Part shown: in pieces, positions 1 to 9,334 of the stretch
Layout of the letters: the number at the start of each line of letters is the position of its first letter
Position numbering within the stretch: the stretch's first letter is position 1
Assembly: GCA_963795945.1 (NCBI GenBank)
Contig: CAWCJN010000007.1
Span: 9,193 to 73,192 of the forward strand
Direction: 5' to 3'
DNA length: 64,000 bases
Origin: an uncultured Pseudomonadota bacterium
Lineage (GTDB): Bacteria; Desulfobacterota; Binatia; Binatales; Binataceae
Program-made: the position numbers and the translations under genes
Notes under the pieces: model-generated
What the model saw: the letters and a program-made list of their open reading frames with translations, nothing else
The model's database searches: none
What the model was told of the DNA's origin: nothing

Positions 1-1
1 G

Positions 2-667
2 GCCTACGCTCCTGACAAAAGTGTTGGAATTGAGTTCAGCTCCGAACCTGAAACTCCTGGCAAGATCAACCCGAAAGCATATGGCTCCGCCTCCTACTAC
101 AATCGGGGAAATGCATTTTTTGCCGCGAACAATCTGAATGCGGCCAGTGCGCAGTTTCAGAAGGCGGTCGACCTCGATCCAACCAATGCCGATGCGTACT
201 ACGCCTGGGGTCTCACGCTCTATGCTAAGCGGGATCTGGCCGGCTCGATCGGTAAATTCCGAAGAGCCACAAGCCTAAAGCCGAATTACGCTAACGCTTA
301 CTATAATTGGGGGCTGGCGCTTTATGACTTGGGCGAAACTCGTGATGCAATATCCAAGTTTGAAAAGACTGTTAAGCTCCAACCTGATTACGCCGATGCC
401 TACTACAACTGGGGGCTGGCGTTGTCCCGCACGGCTGATCTGGACCGCGCGATAAATAAGTTTCAACAAGCCACCAATCTTAATCCTAAATATGCTGACG
501 CCTACTATGGATGGGGAGTTGCCCTTTATCACCAGCAGCGATTTGAGGAGAGCATCGCCAAATATCACAGGGCTCTAGAACTAAACCCGGCTAATCAAAC
601 TTACAAAATGGCGCTAGCGTCGGCATTAACCGCACAGCAGAATTCCAGCACAGCGCCGCAGAAATAA
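2..667 (+). CDS. TPR-repeat protein, 5' end cut by window edge
   Basis: The frame is open from position 2 and joins ORF 329..667. Five consecutive 34-aa TPR units carry a recurring DAYYNWGLAL...KF..A..L.P.YA pattern. Confidence 0.85.
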   Translation, partial: AYAPDKSVGIEFSSEPETPGKINPKAYGSASYYNRGNAFFAANNLNAASAQFQKAVDLDPTNADAYYAWGLTLYAKRDLAGSIGKFRRATSLKPNYANAYYNWGLALYDLGETRDAISKFEKTVKLQPDYADAYYNWGLALSRTADLDRAINKFQQATNLNPKYADAYYGWGVALYHQQRFEESIAKYHRALELNPANQTYKMALASALTAQQNSSTAPQK

Positions 668-1182
668 TCCTGTTCGGTGAGTTCATTCAATATCGTGGTG
701 CCGCTGCCTGAGCAGAGCCCACGCCTACTGATGTTATAGCGGATATTCTCAACTGCGCCGCCCCGATTGACGTGGATAATCTAAGCGCCATCTCGAACCA
801 GATGAGAATCTCAATAGCTCTCCATGAAAAGGCACGAAGTGCGTATGAGAAACTGTACGCTCCGCTCAGAACGTCGCCGCTCTGGGACAAGCGAAACTGG
901 TTATTATGAAGTACCCCTCAGCCGCAGATGACGTAAGATTCCTCTTTCCGAGAGTCGAGCTTTCGTGCGCTAACCCGAAGCCTGCTATTTTTATGACGGA
1001 TGTGGATTGTAGCATGAACGTTATCAGACCTTTACCCTTGAGTCTTTGAGGGCTTAGAGAGACCTATTAGATATGTTAGACCAAGTGAGTCGGATCTATG
1101 GAATGAAGTAATTCCGTTAATTTGCAGTGCATACGGAAATTAGCAGCAATAACGTACTTCTGTAAATTCGCTGACACCATCT

Positions 1183-1805
1183 TCAGTCCGCCGAGTCAGT
1201 TCCATATCCTAGATTAACGATTTGTACCCGGCGATTCTTGGCGCGACCTTCCGCGGTGTCATTATTGGCGATCGGCTGAGACATGCCAAATCCGCGTGCA
1301 TCATTCGATTTCGGTCTATGCTGTTATGTTCAGTGAGATATTCGACTACCGCTTCCGCTCGCCGTTGCGAGAGCCGTTTATTGTAGGCTGCCTTACCAAC
1401 CGAGTCAGTATAACCCTGGATTTCGAAGCAGCATGGCTTGAGTGTTGCCGAAGTAAGCGCATCCCCAAGGCTCGTCAGAACTTTTTCGTCGATCCGATTG
1501 ACTCTCGCCGAGCCAGATTCGAATTCAACGGTGAGTGCCGCAATGTCTGATTTGGGAGTGAGAACAATTCCACGCTCGGCCGCTTCGTGGAAGTGCTTAC
1601 AGGCAGATGCTACGAAAGTAAGCCCACGAGTAGTGCCGCCTATCACAGCGGGCGGTTTCTCTTTGGGTGTTAGCACGCCAATCAGCTTTTCTAGAGTAAC
1701 GGCTTGTCCAGTTAGATCGTTCACGGTTTGACTAAATGCTGACGAAGACATCAGCAGCAAGGCGCTGATGAATATCGCACGCAAACCCTGGGGCCATTGT
1801 ATCAT
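1183..1805 (-). pseudogene. OmpA-family exported protein with apparent 1-nt frameshift
   Basis: ORF 1209..1805 has a signal-like N-terminus (LLLMSSSAFSQ) and OmpA_C motifs (GYTDSVG..YNKRLSQRRAEAVVEYL). The canonical tail RGFGMSQPIANNDTAEGRAKNRRVQIV is read in another frame that stops at 1183. The shift lies near 1296-1306. Confidence 0.7.
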
Positions 1806-2130
1806 CGGCCATCCTCCTTGATCGAAATCGCGCTATATTAGCATCGATTTCGTTAGCTGAAAAAATGAGAACTACGCAAATTGTACGCCGATCCATGGAT
1901 GCGGCGAATTTAGCGTATCAGTTCTGTAACCCAAATTGCTCGTCAACAGTTCATATGCATAACGACCGGGGCTGAGATCTTCGCCGCTTTATATGCTTAA
2001 TCATACATACAGGATAGCTATCTATCGAACTATCAATAAGTAGCCAAGTACAGACGTTCTTCCTGGAATTTGATCCGGCGAAAATGGGAAAGATCGGTCG
2101 GCTGCATGCCTCGAAGGAGGGGCGGTGCTG

Positions 2131-2350
2131 ATGCGCCGACGCCGATTCACTGAGGAGCAGATCGCGTTCGGACCGAAGCAGGCGAAGACCGAAACCGCAG
2201 TGCTGCAGGTCTGTCGTAAAATGGGCGTGAGCGAACAGACTTTCTATCGCTGGAATTAGCAGTAGGGGGGCTTAGATGTATCGGAAATCAAGCGTTTGAA
2301 ACTGCTGGAGAAAGAGTCACCGGCGGCTCAAGCAGCGGTCGCGGACCTGA
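2131..2350 (+). pseudogene. IS3-family transposase OrfA fragment (degraded)
   Basis: MRRRRFTEEQIAF...VCRKMGVSEQTFYRWN is followed by an in-frame TAG at 2257. The leucine-zipper part GGLDVSEIKRLKLLEKE continues in another frame. No orfB follows. Confidence 0.7.
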
Positions 2351-2453
2351 GCCGGACGTGTGAAGCTGAAGGCGAAAACGATAAAAATTGCCGATTCGAT
2401 GATCACGATCGGCCATAGACCATACGCGTAATCCTGATGGCTCATGTTCACGA

Positions 2454-3216
2454 TTGATTTCTCCATGTCGTTTTGTGGCTAGTGCCACGAAACCGCCTTT
2501 CACAAACGAGCTTGCGCATTTGCTATACCATCCCGCAAGCGAACCACCGACGCTGCTCGAAGCGCTGGAGGGACGGCTGAAGGACGCCAGCATCGAAGAG
2601 CTTCGCGTGTACTATTCGCATTCGGTAGCAGCCTTCACCCAGACCATCCTTAAATACGAGTACCTGAATGTGATCAAGCCTCATCCGTTTTTCTCACCAT
2701 CTTCGAGCGGTCGCTGATTCGACGAGGACAGCAAGAGAACAGACAGTCGGTCTTCTACATGCCGGGCAACTTTAGCGCCATGTCCGCTGCGTTGTCAGAA
2801 ATAGGCATCGACGCGTTCATCCTTCAGGTCTCGCCTATGGATGAGACGGCTTCTTCAGTTGCGGGACTAAGGGTGATTACACAATCCCGACAGCACGAAT
2901 CGTGAAGCAACTCATCGTTGAAGTGAACCCGCGGATGCCGTGCGTCTTCAACTCGACGCTGCACATTTCTGAGGTGACCGGCATCGTGGAAACGAAAGCC
3001 TGCTGCCCGAACTGCCGGCGTGCGAGCCAGTCGATCTGGATCGCATGATCACAAGTTCATCGTCGAACTTGTGCCCGACCGCGCGACGCTACAGATCGGC
3101 ATTGGCGGAGTCCCGAATGCGGTGTGCTCGGCGCTTGTCAATCACAAGGACTTGGGTATTCACATCGAAATGATGAGCCCGGCGCTGGCCGCCCTAATAA
3201 AGTCCGGAGCCGTGAT
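2454..3216 (+). pseudogene. Acetyl-CoA hydrolase/transferase (4-hydroxybutyrate CoA-transferase-like) remnant
   Basis: Family-typical segments are spread over three frames: EPPTLLEALEGRL, IDAFILQVSPMDE, LIVEVNPRMP, VPDRATLQIGIGGVPNAVCSALVNHKDLGIHIEMMSP. The reading is cut at 3216 by the IS6 left end. Confidence 0.6.
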
Positions 3217-4043
3217 GGCATTGTCATGTTAACTTTGGTCGAACGATCTGAGCCTGGAACGGCTCGCCCCGCGCGTATTAAGTCGCGTGTTGGGCGCATG
3301 TCTCCTGTTGCCAGACATCGAATGCCGCGGACCTGCTCGCACGATATGCATTGGCTGCCAGTAGATGCCGGCGTGGATGGAAGTGGCCATGGATGAATGC
3401 GTGGGCGGAGAGGAAGTCCTGGGCCTGATCAGGCGATTTGAACCGTTGCATCTGCCGTTCTCGTCGCCGTGTCGGTCGATGTGAGTTCTCGGCATGGTTA
3501 TTCAGATATCGGCTTTGGCGATGCTCGACGCGTGGGAAGCAAGTTGGCGCTTCGCCACCCTGTAGCTTCCCAGCTTGTCGGTCACGATCACCGCGGCTAT
3601 AGTAGACCTTTCAGCAGCCGCCTGAAGAAGCGCTTGGCGGCCTTGGCATCGCGCCGTTCCTGAACGAGGATATCGAGCACAACGCCATCCTGATCCACGG
3701 CGCGCCAAAGATAATGCTGCACGCCCTGGATCCGGATGAACACCTCGTCCATGTGCCACTTGTCGCCGGGTCGTGGCCGTCGGCGGCGCAGGCGGTTGGC
3801 AAAGCTCTGGCCGAATTTCTTGCACCAGCGCCGAACGGTCTCATAGGAGACGATGACGCCACGTTCAGCCAGAAGCAGCTCGACATCCCGCAGGCTGAGG
3901 CTGAACACATGGTACAGCCAGACAGCATGGCTGATGATCTCGGCAGGAAAGCGATGGCGGTAATGCGGGTCGGGTGGTGGGTTCATGCCCCACTGTCCTA
4001 CGTCTTCGATCCCACTGCCAGAGCCGGTTACCGTGACAATGCC
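3217..4043 (-). mobile_element. IS6-family insertion sequence (827 bp)
   Basis: Terminal inverted repeats are GGCATTGTCATGTTAAC (3217-3233) and the reverse complement of 4026-4043, GGCATTGTCACGGTAAC (15/17). They enclose a single IS6/IS26-type transposase gene. Confidence 0.8.
3278..3986 (-). pseudogene. IS6-family transposase, at least two frameshifts
   Basis: The N-terminal 129 aa (ORF 3597..3986) read RFPAEIISHAVWLYHVFSLSLRDVELLLAERGV...DKWHMDEVFIRIQG. VIVTDKLGSYRVAKRQL and YLNNHAENSHRPTRRRERQMQRFKSPDQAQDFLSAH then continue in two other frames, stopping at 3278. Confidence 0.8.
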
Positions 4044-4456
4044 TCCTACGACCCTAACCGGGATAACTATCCCATCGCTGTAGAGTTGTGGCTAGGGTGC
4101 ACTGGTATAGACACCGATAGGCCGGTTTCTACATCACAAAAAGCGGCGCGATTCGAGCGCACATGGACGTGGCTAGGAGATGGCCATAGCGCAATACGAA
4201 CGCCGAATCGAAGGGCATGAGCTCCGCCATCGGGCGGATTTGGAGGAATTGAAGAGCGGAGAGAAGTTACAATTTTCCCTAAAGAGGTCTTCTAAACGCT
4301 AGGGAGAAATTATTGCGGGCGAAACGTCTCTCTCTCACCCTTGCTATTACGCTTCCTCATATGGTGTTTCTGCGCTCAGTCCAATATGCAATGGCTCGAC
4401 CGGTCACGAAAGGCCGCAATCGTGGATCACGCGCCGTTACCACTTTGCCCTTTCTG

Positions 4457-4639
4457 TCATTTCTTGAGGGTGTCGCGCGCCGCATCTTTGGTTCGCCCAG
4501 CAACATTCTGCGCCTTGCCAGCAGCCTTTTCTGCTGCACCTTTAGCTTGCGTTTTGGTATTACCGGTCATTTTACCCATGGTTTTTTTGGCAGAGCCTTT
4601 CAGCTGCTTTGCAGCGCCCTTAATCCGATCTTTGTCCAT
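4457..4639 (-). CDS. csbD: CsbD-family stress-response protein (60 aa)
   Basis: Internal ATG at 4639, preceded by GGAGAGAAGAGAG. The sequence MDKDRIKGAAKQLKGSAKKTMGKMTGNTKTQAKGAAEKAAGKAQ is a typical CsbD KGxxK repeat. The longer ORF 4457..4966 is rejected. Confidence 0.8.
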   Translation of the reverse strand: MDKDRIKGAAKQLKGSAKKTMGKMTGNTKTQAKGAAEKAAGKAQNVAGRTKDAARDTLKK

Positions 4640-4720
4640 CTCTCTTCTCTCCTTATTAGCTGTCGGTCCCAGCCACAGCGGTGTTTTCAGCATAACAGAA
4701 TAAAAGGCGCACAAAGATGA

Positions 4721-4915
4721 CGTTATCGGAAATATGCAGGAAACAGGATCGTGCTCGAACAATTCCTCACGCGGATTCCGCAGTTTGAGCTGGAGCGAAG
4801 CAAAGCGCCGAGGTGGCCCCCAGCTCAGGTGGCGGATATGGGCAATATGCCAATCGTGTTCGAGCCGGGAGAGCGGCTCGGCGAAGAACCCGCCCGGGAC
4901 AGCGTTCGCACATGA
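4721..4915 (+). pseudogene. Cytochrome P450 C-terminal remnant
   Basis: An unlisted 64-codon frame reads ...RIVLEQFLTRIPQFELERSKAPRW....MPIVFEP. This resembles the P450 L-helix-to-C-terminus stretch (compare P450cam LKEWLTRIPDFSI...LPLVWDP). No heme-loop region lies upstream. Confidence 0.45.
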
Positions 4916-5427
4916 TTGGAGCATGCGATTGCGTAGGACTCCAATCTGACGACTGTTAAGGTTCATCGGAATTGTTGGCGATATGGTTCGCGACTTGCCG
5001 CGCTGGCAAGACCAACTTAGGTAAATTCGGCACGGAGAGGATTCGGATTTTTACCACGGATAAGCTCTCCGGAGAGGCCGCTCTTCGGATCCTTTGACGC
5101 ACGGCAAAAGCGCCCCTTTCACCTGCCTTGGACGCCTGGTTTCATAACCGATCCAACCTCACCCTGCCGTCTGGCAGCGACTTGCTATAGCGCCGCGACC
5201 GAGCAATGTGTGTCGAAGGAGGCGATGGCAGCATTGAAGCTGCAATCCGCGAGGAGGGTTCCCCAGTGAAGAGCAAACCTGCGCTCCAAGCGTTCAATGG
5301 CCGCGACGAGAAAGCCGCTGATCCGTGATCCGGCCAACCCAGTTCCAGTCGATCAATCAGGGGCAGCGTCGAAGCAGGCGCCAGCGGCCAACCGCAAGCC
5401 AGAAGCACCAGCCAAGGCGAGTAAGTC

Positions 5428-5870
5428 TGGAGTTGACCCAGTTTCGGAGACGGTGTTGGGGAGAAAGGAAGCAGGAGGTAACCCAATGCCGCGAACACAT
5501 CCACCATATGCTTCGGAATACCGGCGCCGGATTATCGAGCTAGCGCATGCGGGCCGTAGCGTCGACCAGCTGGCGCGCGATTACGCGCCCTCGGCCAACG
5601 CGATCCGCCAATGGGTGAAGCAAGCAGCGCTCGATGAAGGGCTGCGCAGCGACGGCTTGACCACGGCCGAGCGCGAAGAACTCAATCGGCTGCGCCGCGA
5701 GAACCGGGTGCTGCGCGAAGAACGCGAGATATTAGCAAAAGCCGCGGCCTGGTTCGCTCAGGAGACCGGCACGAGGCCGTCGCAGCGTTCTAATTCGTGA
5801 ATGCGAATCAGGCCGAATGGAGTTACCCCGTTTCAGTAGACGGTATTGGGCTGCGGTATAAAGTCTGCTG
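5428..5870 (+). mobile_element. IS3-family element, 3'-truncated fragment
   Basis: Putative left IR TGGAGTTGACCCAGTTTCGG at 5428, then an intact orfA. orfB begins (FVNANQAEW.YPVS) in the -1 frame but breaks off within about 25 codons. The right boundary is approximate. Confidence 0.55.
5486..5800 (+). CDS. IS3-family transposase OrfA
   Basis: ATG at 5486 follows AGGAGG. YRRRIIELAHAGRSVDQLARDYAPSANAIRQWVKQ is the HTH, and TTAEREELNRLRRENRVLREEREILAKAAAWFA is the leucine zipper. Confidence 0.8.
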   Translation: MPRTHPPYASEYRRRIIELAHAGRSVDQLARDYAPSANAIRQWVKQAALDEGLRSDGLTTAEREELNRLRRENRVLREEREILAKAAAWFAQETGTRPSQRSNS

Positions 5871-5873
5871 CAG

Positions 5874-6285
5874 ATGATTCCTTTCGTAGTTGATCGGCGA
5901 CCAATAGTCGAGCGCGTCGAATTGCGGGCTGACAGGTTGCGCGTTGGCTTCAAACTGCCGCTTCTCCTTGGTGGAGCGACGGGTACGGCAGGATTATTGG
6001 TCACGCATGAGCTGCCGCTGCAGATCAGACGGCGCGGTGTGGAAAGGCGTCTAATCATACCCGGCGAGACGGCGGTCCGCGCCAGGGTTGACTAGCCGCT
6101 GCTCAAGGCGGTAGCTCGCGCCCGCTGCTGGTTCGACGAATTGGTTTCCGGTGAGACGACGTCGCTGGTGACGATTGCCGCCCGCGCCGGGGTCGGCAAA
6201 CGTTATGTCAGCCGCCTGCTGAAGTTGGCCTTTCTCGCTCCGGACTTGGTTGAGCAAATCGCCGAGGGCCGTCAGGCGCCTGAGC
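5874..6285 (+). pseudogene. Serine-recombinase-family protein, C-terminal remnant (part 1)
   Basis: VERVELRADRLRVGF...PLQIRRRGVERRLIIPG, then an in-frame TAG at 6093, then LLKAVARARCWFDELVSGETTSLVTIAARAGVGKRYVSRLLKLAFLAPDLVEQIAEGRQAPE. The frame is cut by IS481 at 6286. Confidence 0.6.
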
Positions 6286-7525
6286 TGTAAAAGCCAAGAC
6301 TTAATCTGACAATGATGGTAAGGTCCTCGGGTCCTAAGAAGGAGACGAGGGCGATGAATCAGGAAGAGAAAGTAATCCGGGTCAAGGTAGGGGTGCTGGA
6401 GCTGGCCAAGCAGCTGGGCAACGTGTCGCAGGCGTGCCGGGTAATGGGCTACAGCCGCGACAGCTTTTACCGATTCAAGGAACTCTACGACAAGGGCGGC
6501 GAGGCGGCGCTGCACGAGATCTCGCGGCGTAAGCCGGTGCTCAGGAATCGGGTAGCGCCAGAGATCGAGCAGGCGGTGGTGGCAATCGCGGTCGCCGAGC
6601 CCGCCTGGGTCAGCTGCGCGTCGCCAACGAGCTGAAGAAGCGTGCGCTGAGTGTGTCGGCGGCCGGGGTACGCTGCGTGTGGCAGCGGCACGATCTCGAG
6701 ACCCTGCCGAAGCGGCTCAAAGCATTAGAAGCTAAGAGCGCGCAGGAAGGTTTAGTGCTGAGCGAGTCACAACTGGCGGCGTTGGAGAAAGCCAAGGCCG
6801 ACAAGGAAGCGCACGGCGAGTTCGAGAGCGAATGCCCGGGCTATTGCGGGGCGCAGGATACCTTCTATGTCGGCACGCTCAAGGGCGTCGGGCGGATCTA
6901 TCAGCAGACTTTCCTTGATACCTACACGAAACTGGCGTTCGCCAAGCTCTACGACCGCAAGACCCCACTGGTGGCGGCTGACCTGCTCAATGACCGGGTG
7001 ATCCCGTTCTTCGATGAACATCAGATCCCGCTGGGGCGGGTGTTAACCGACCGCGGCACGGAGTATTGCGGCGCACCCGAACGCCACGAATATGAGCTGT
7101 ATCTGGCGGTGGAGAACATCGATCACACCCGCACCAAGGTCAAAAGCCCGCAGACCAACGGCATTGTGGAGCGCTTCCACCGGACCGTGCTCAACGAGTT
7201 CTACCGGGTGGCGTTCCGCAAGAAGATCTACTCCGGCATTGAACAGTTGCAGGCTGACCTCGACGCCTGGCTGCGCGAGTACAACGAACAGCGGCCGCAT
7301 CAGGGCCGCTGGTGTTACGGCAAGACTCCGCGGCAAACTTTCATCGACGCGGGCTCGCTGGCGCGGGAAAAGCTGCTCTCTCCCGCGGTTGCGGCGGGCG
7401 CGGAACTCTGAGTATTACTCAAGCGCGATGATCACTATGGTCGCTGCGTATAATCGGACAATCAACTTAAACCGGACACTGCGGACCTTAACCATCCACC
7501 GTCAGATCAAGTCTTAAGTTATACA
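6286..7525 (+). mobile_element. IS481-family insertion sequence (1240 bp) with 7-bp target-site duplication
   Basis: IRL is TGTAAAAGCCAAGACTTAATCTGAC (6286-6310). The reverse complement of 7501-7525 is TGTATAACTTAAGACTTGATCTGAC (20/25). CCTGAGC flanks both ends (6279-6285 and 7526-7532). Confidence 0.85.
6354..7411 (+). pseudogene. IS481-family DDE transposase, one frameshift
   Basis: ORFs 6312..6635 and 6653..7411 together give HTH ([22 protein letters not shown]) plus an rve core (DTFYVG...TDRGTEYCG...[14 protein letters not shown]). Adding one G to the GGG run at 6607-6609 restores [22 protein letters not shown]. Confidence 0.8.
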
Positions 7526-7624
7526 CCTGAGCTCACTGCGCAAACCTTAATTACCGGCGTGCTCGAAGTACCGCTCAGTTGGCAGGCCCAGCACCGCACG
7601 CTCGGTCTTGCCGCGTCAGTTTGA
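7526..7624 (+). pseudogene. Serine-recombinase remnant (part 2, tail after the IS481 insertion)
   Basis: Removing the IS and one TSD copy joins ...GRQAPE to LTAQTLITGVLEVPLSWQAQHRTLGLAASV, with a stop at 7622-7624, in the same frame. Confidence 0.6.
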
Positions 7625-7932
7625 ACCACCACTTACCTAACTTATATAAGCCGTCGAATTAGCCCTCCGTTGTTGAGGACGCCGCCGCCGTTCCGCAATT
7701 GCTGCGCCGCAGCGTCGCCCCTTTTGCATGCGCCCGCATCCAGGCTTCAGGCTGACACCGACTAGTTCATTGGCCAAGTCCACCGCCGCACTGCCCGCTG
7801 GAGAGGAAGCGGGAAATTCGCGTGATGCGACCTTTGTAGAGGGCCTCTCCGGTGCACTCAGATCGCGAAAAGTCCCGTCCGTGTGGCGATGTTATGCACC
7901 TCATAGGATGATATGGACAGCGTAAGACTCAC

Positions 7933-8024
<92 letters not shown>

Positions 8025-8105
8025 GCTAAGGCGAGGGATAGTTTATGCGGTAATCGCGCAAGCGGAAAGTCTCGCACCGATAAGCTTGGCGCGAGGGATT
8101 TCGCG

Positions 8106-9323
8106 TCAGAACATCGCAGGCATTTTGTTGACGCCGAGGAATAATCGCCCGGTTGATTCATACATCGCCGGATTCACCATCACATGCTGAGTGACTGTGT
8201 GGGCGTCGCGCATGCAGCGCTGTAGTGGATGGTCCGAAAAGATCGATGACCCGCCCCCCTGGTCGTACATTAGGTCGTACATTAGATCGACGGCGTGACG
8301 TGATTGCCATGCGGCGTTGGCCGCGGCAAGCCGCAGGTCGCGATGGAGTTCGAGCGGGATATGCTCGCCTGCTTCCGCTTTGCGCCAGGCAGCCTCAATC
8401 GCCTCAAAGAGAAACGCGCGGCCCGAGCGCAGCGCCGCCTCCGCCTGTGCAACACTCATCTGCACACGCACACTATCTCGCAGCAGGTCGCGCTCCCATG
8501 TAGGCGTTTTGTTATTCGCCAAGGTAATTAACTCATTGATCGCCCGATGTGCAATTCCCAACGAGACCGAGCAGACCCCGACCGCGAGTAATGCAAAGAA
8601 AGGCATTCGATAGAGCGGACGATCGATGGTCCGCTTCGTCATGCCCATCACGACAGTATGCTCTTCGGGGACAAACACCTCCTCGGCGCGGAAATCGTTG
8701 CTGCCAGTCCCGCGCAATCCTGAAGTGTGCCAGATATCGATGATCTCAATTTGCCTGGCCGGGAAGAAGACCGCGCGGATTTCCCGCTGACCATCGGCGC
8801 GCAACCGTGGCCGTCCCCCGGTATCGAGCACCACCGCGCCAGCCTCCCGCCAGTGACAATTTTGCGAGCCGCTGCCCCATTTCCATCGGCCCGTAACTTT
8901 GAAGCCGCCCGCGACCGGAATTGCAGTTCCTGACGGCGCCGTAGCGCCGCCAGTAATGATGGAGGGATGAGAGAAAATCTCCCGCATCGAGTTCTCCGAC
9001 AAGAACGCGGAGAGCAGGGCGTTGGTAATTCCGATCATCACGCACCAGCCGACCGAACCGTCAGCGCGCGCGAGCTCTTCAAGGACGCGCACGAAGTCAC
9101 CCGGATAGAGCTCGTATCCACCGATTTCCTTCGGCAGCGTCAGACGATAGAGGCCAGTGTCGGCAAGTTTACGAGCGAAGTCGGATGGCATCCGGCGCGC
9201 AGCCTCGAATTCTTCGGCTCGCGCGACAATCTCGTCCGCGAAGCCGCGGGCGATCTCCAGCGGCGATCCGGACGAAAGCGCGTCAGGCGAAGTATTATTG
9301 GCAATCGAGGTTCTAGCGGGCAC
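8106..9323 (-). CDS. Acyl-CoA dehydrogenase-family flavoprotein (type-2 ACAD / flavin monooxygenase-like)
   Basis: 405-aa ORF with the ACAD three-domain layout. GGFKVTGRWKWGSGSQNCHW is typical of the DszC/HpaB-related ACAD branch. Confidence 0.65.
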   Translation of the reverse strand: MPARTSIANNTSPDALSSGSPLEIARGFADEIVARAEEFEAARRMPSDFARKLADTGLYRLTLPKEIGGYELYPGDFVRVLEELARADGSVGWCVMIGITNALLSAFLSENSMREIFSHPSIITGGATAPSGTAIPVAGGFKVTGRWKWGSGSQNCHWREAGAVVLDTGGRPRLRADGQREIRAVFFPARQIEIIDIWHTSGLRGTGSNDFRAEEVFVPEEHTVVMGMTKRTIDRPLYRMPFFALLAVGVCSVSLGIAHRAINELITLANNKTPTWERDLLRDSVRVQMSVAQAEAALRSGRAFLFEAIEAAWRKAEAGEHIPLELHRDLRLAAANAAWQSRHAVDLMYDLMYDQGGGSSIFSDHPLQRCMRDAHTVTQHVMVNPAMYESTGRLFLGVNKMPAMF

Positions 9324-9334
9324 TCATCTCTCCT

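Noticed and set aside
4457-4966. 169-aa ORF on the minus strand
   Set aside because: Only the last 60 codons (CsbD, with its own ATG and RBS at 4639) look real. The upstream part is antisense to a P450-like remnant on the plus strand and has no family resemblance.
5732-6058. Minus-strand ORF, and a minus-frame peptide ...FDALDYWSPINYERNH resembling an IS3 OrfB C-terminus
   Set aside because: It is the antisense shadow of the plus-strand recombinase remnant (VERVELRADRLRVGF...). That remnant continues for more than 130 codons with family-typical sequence, while the minus reading has stops just upstream and no rve core.
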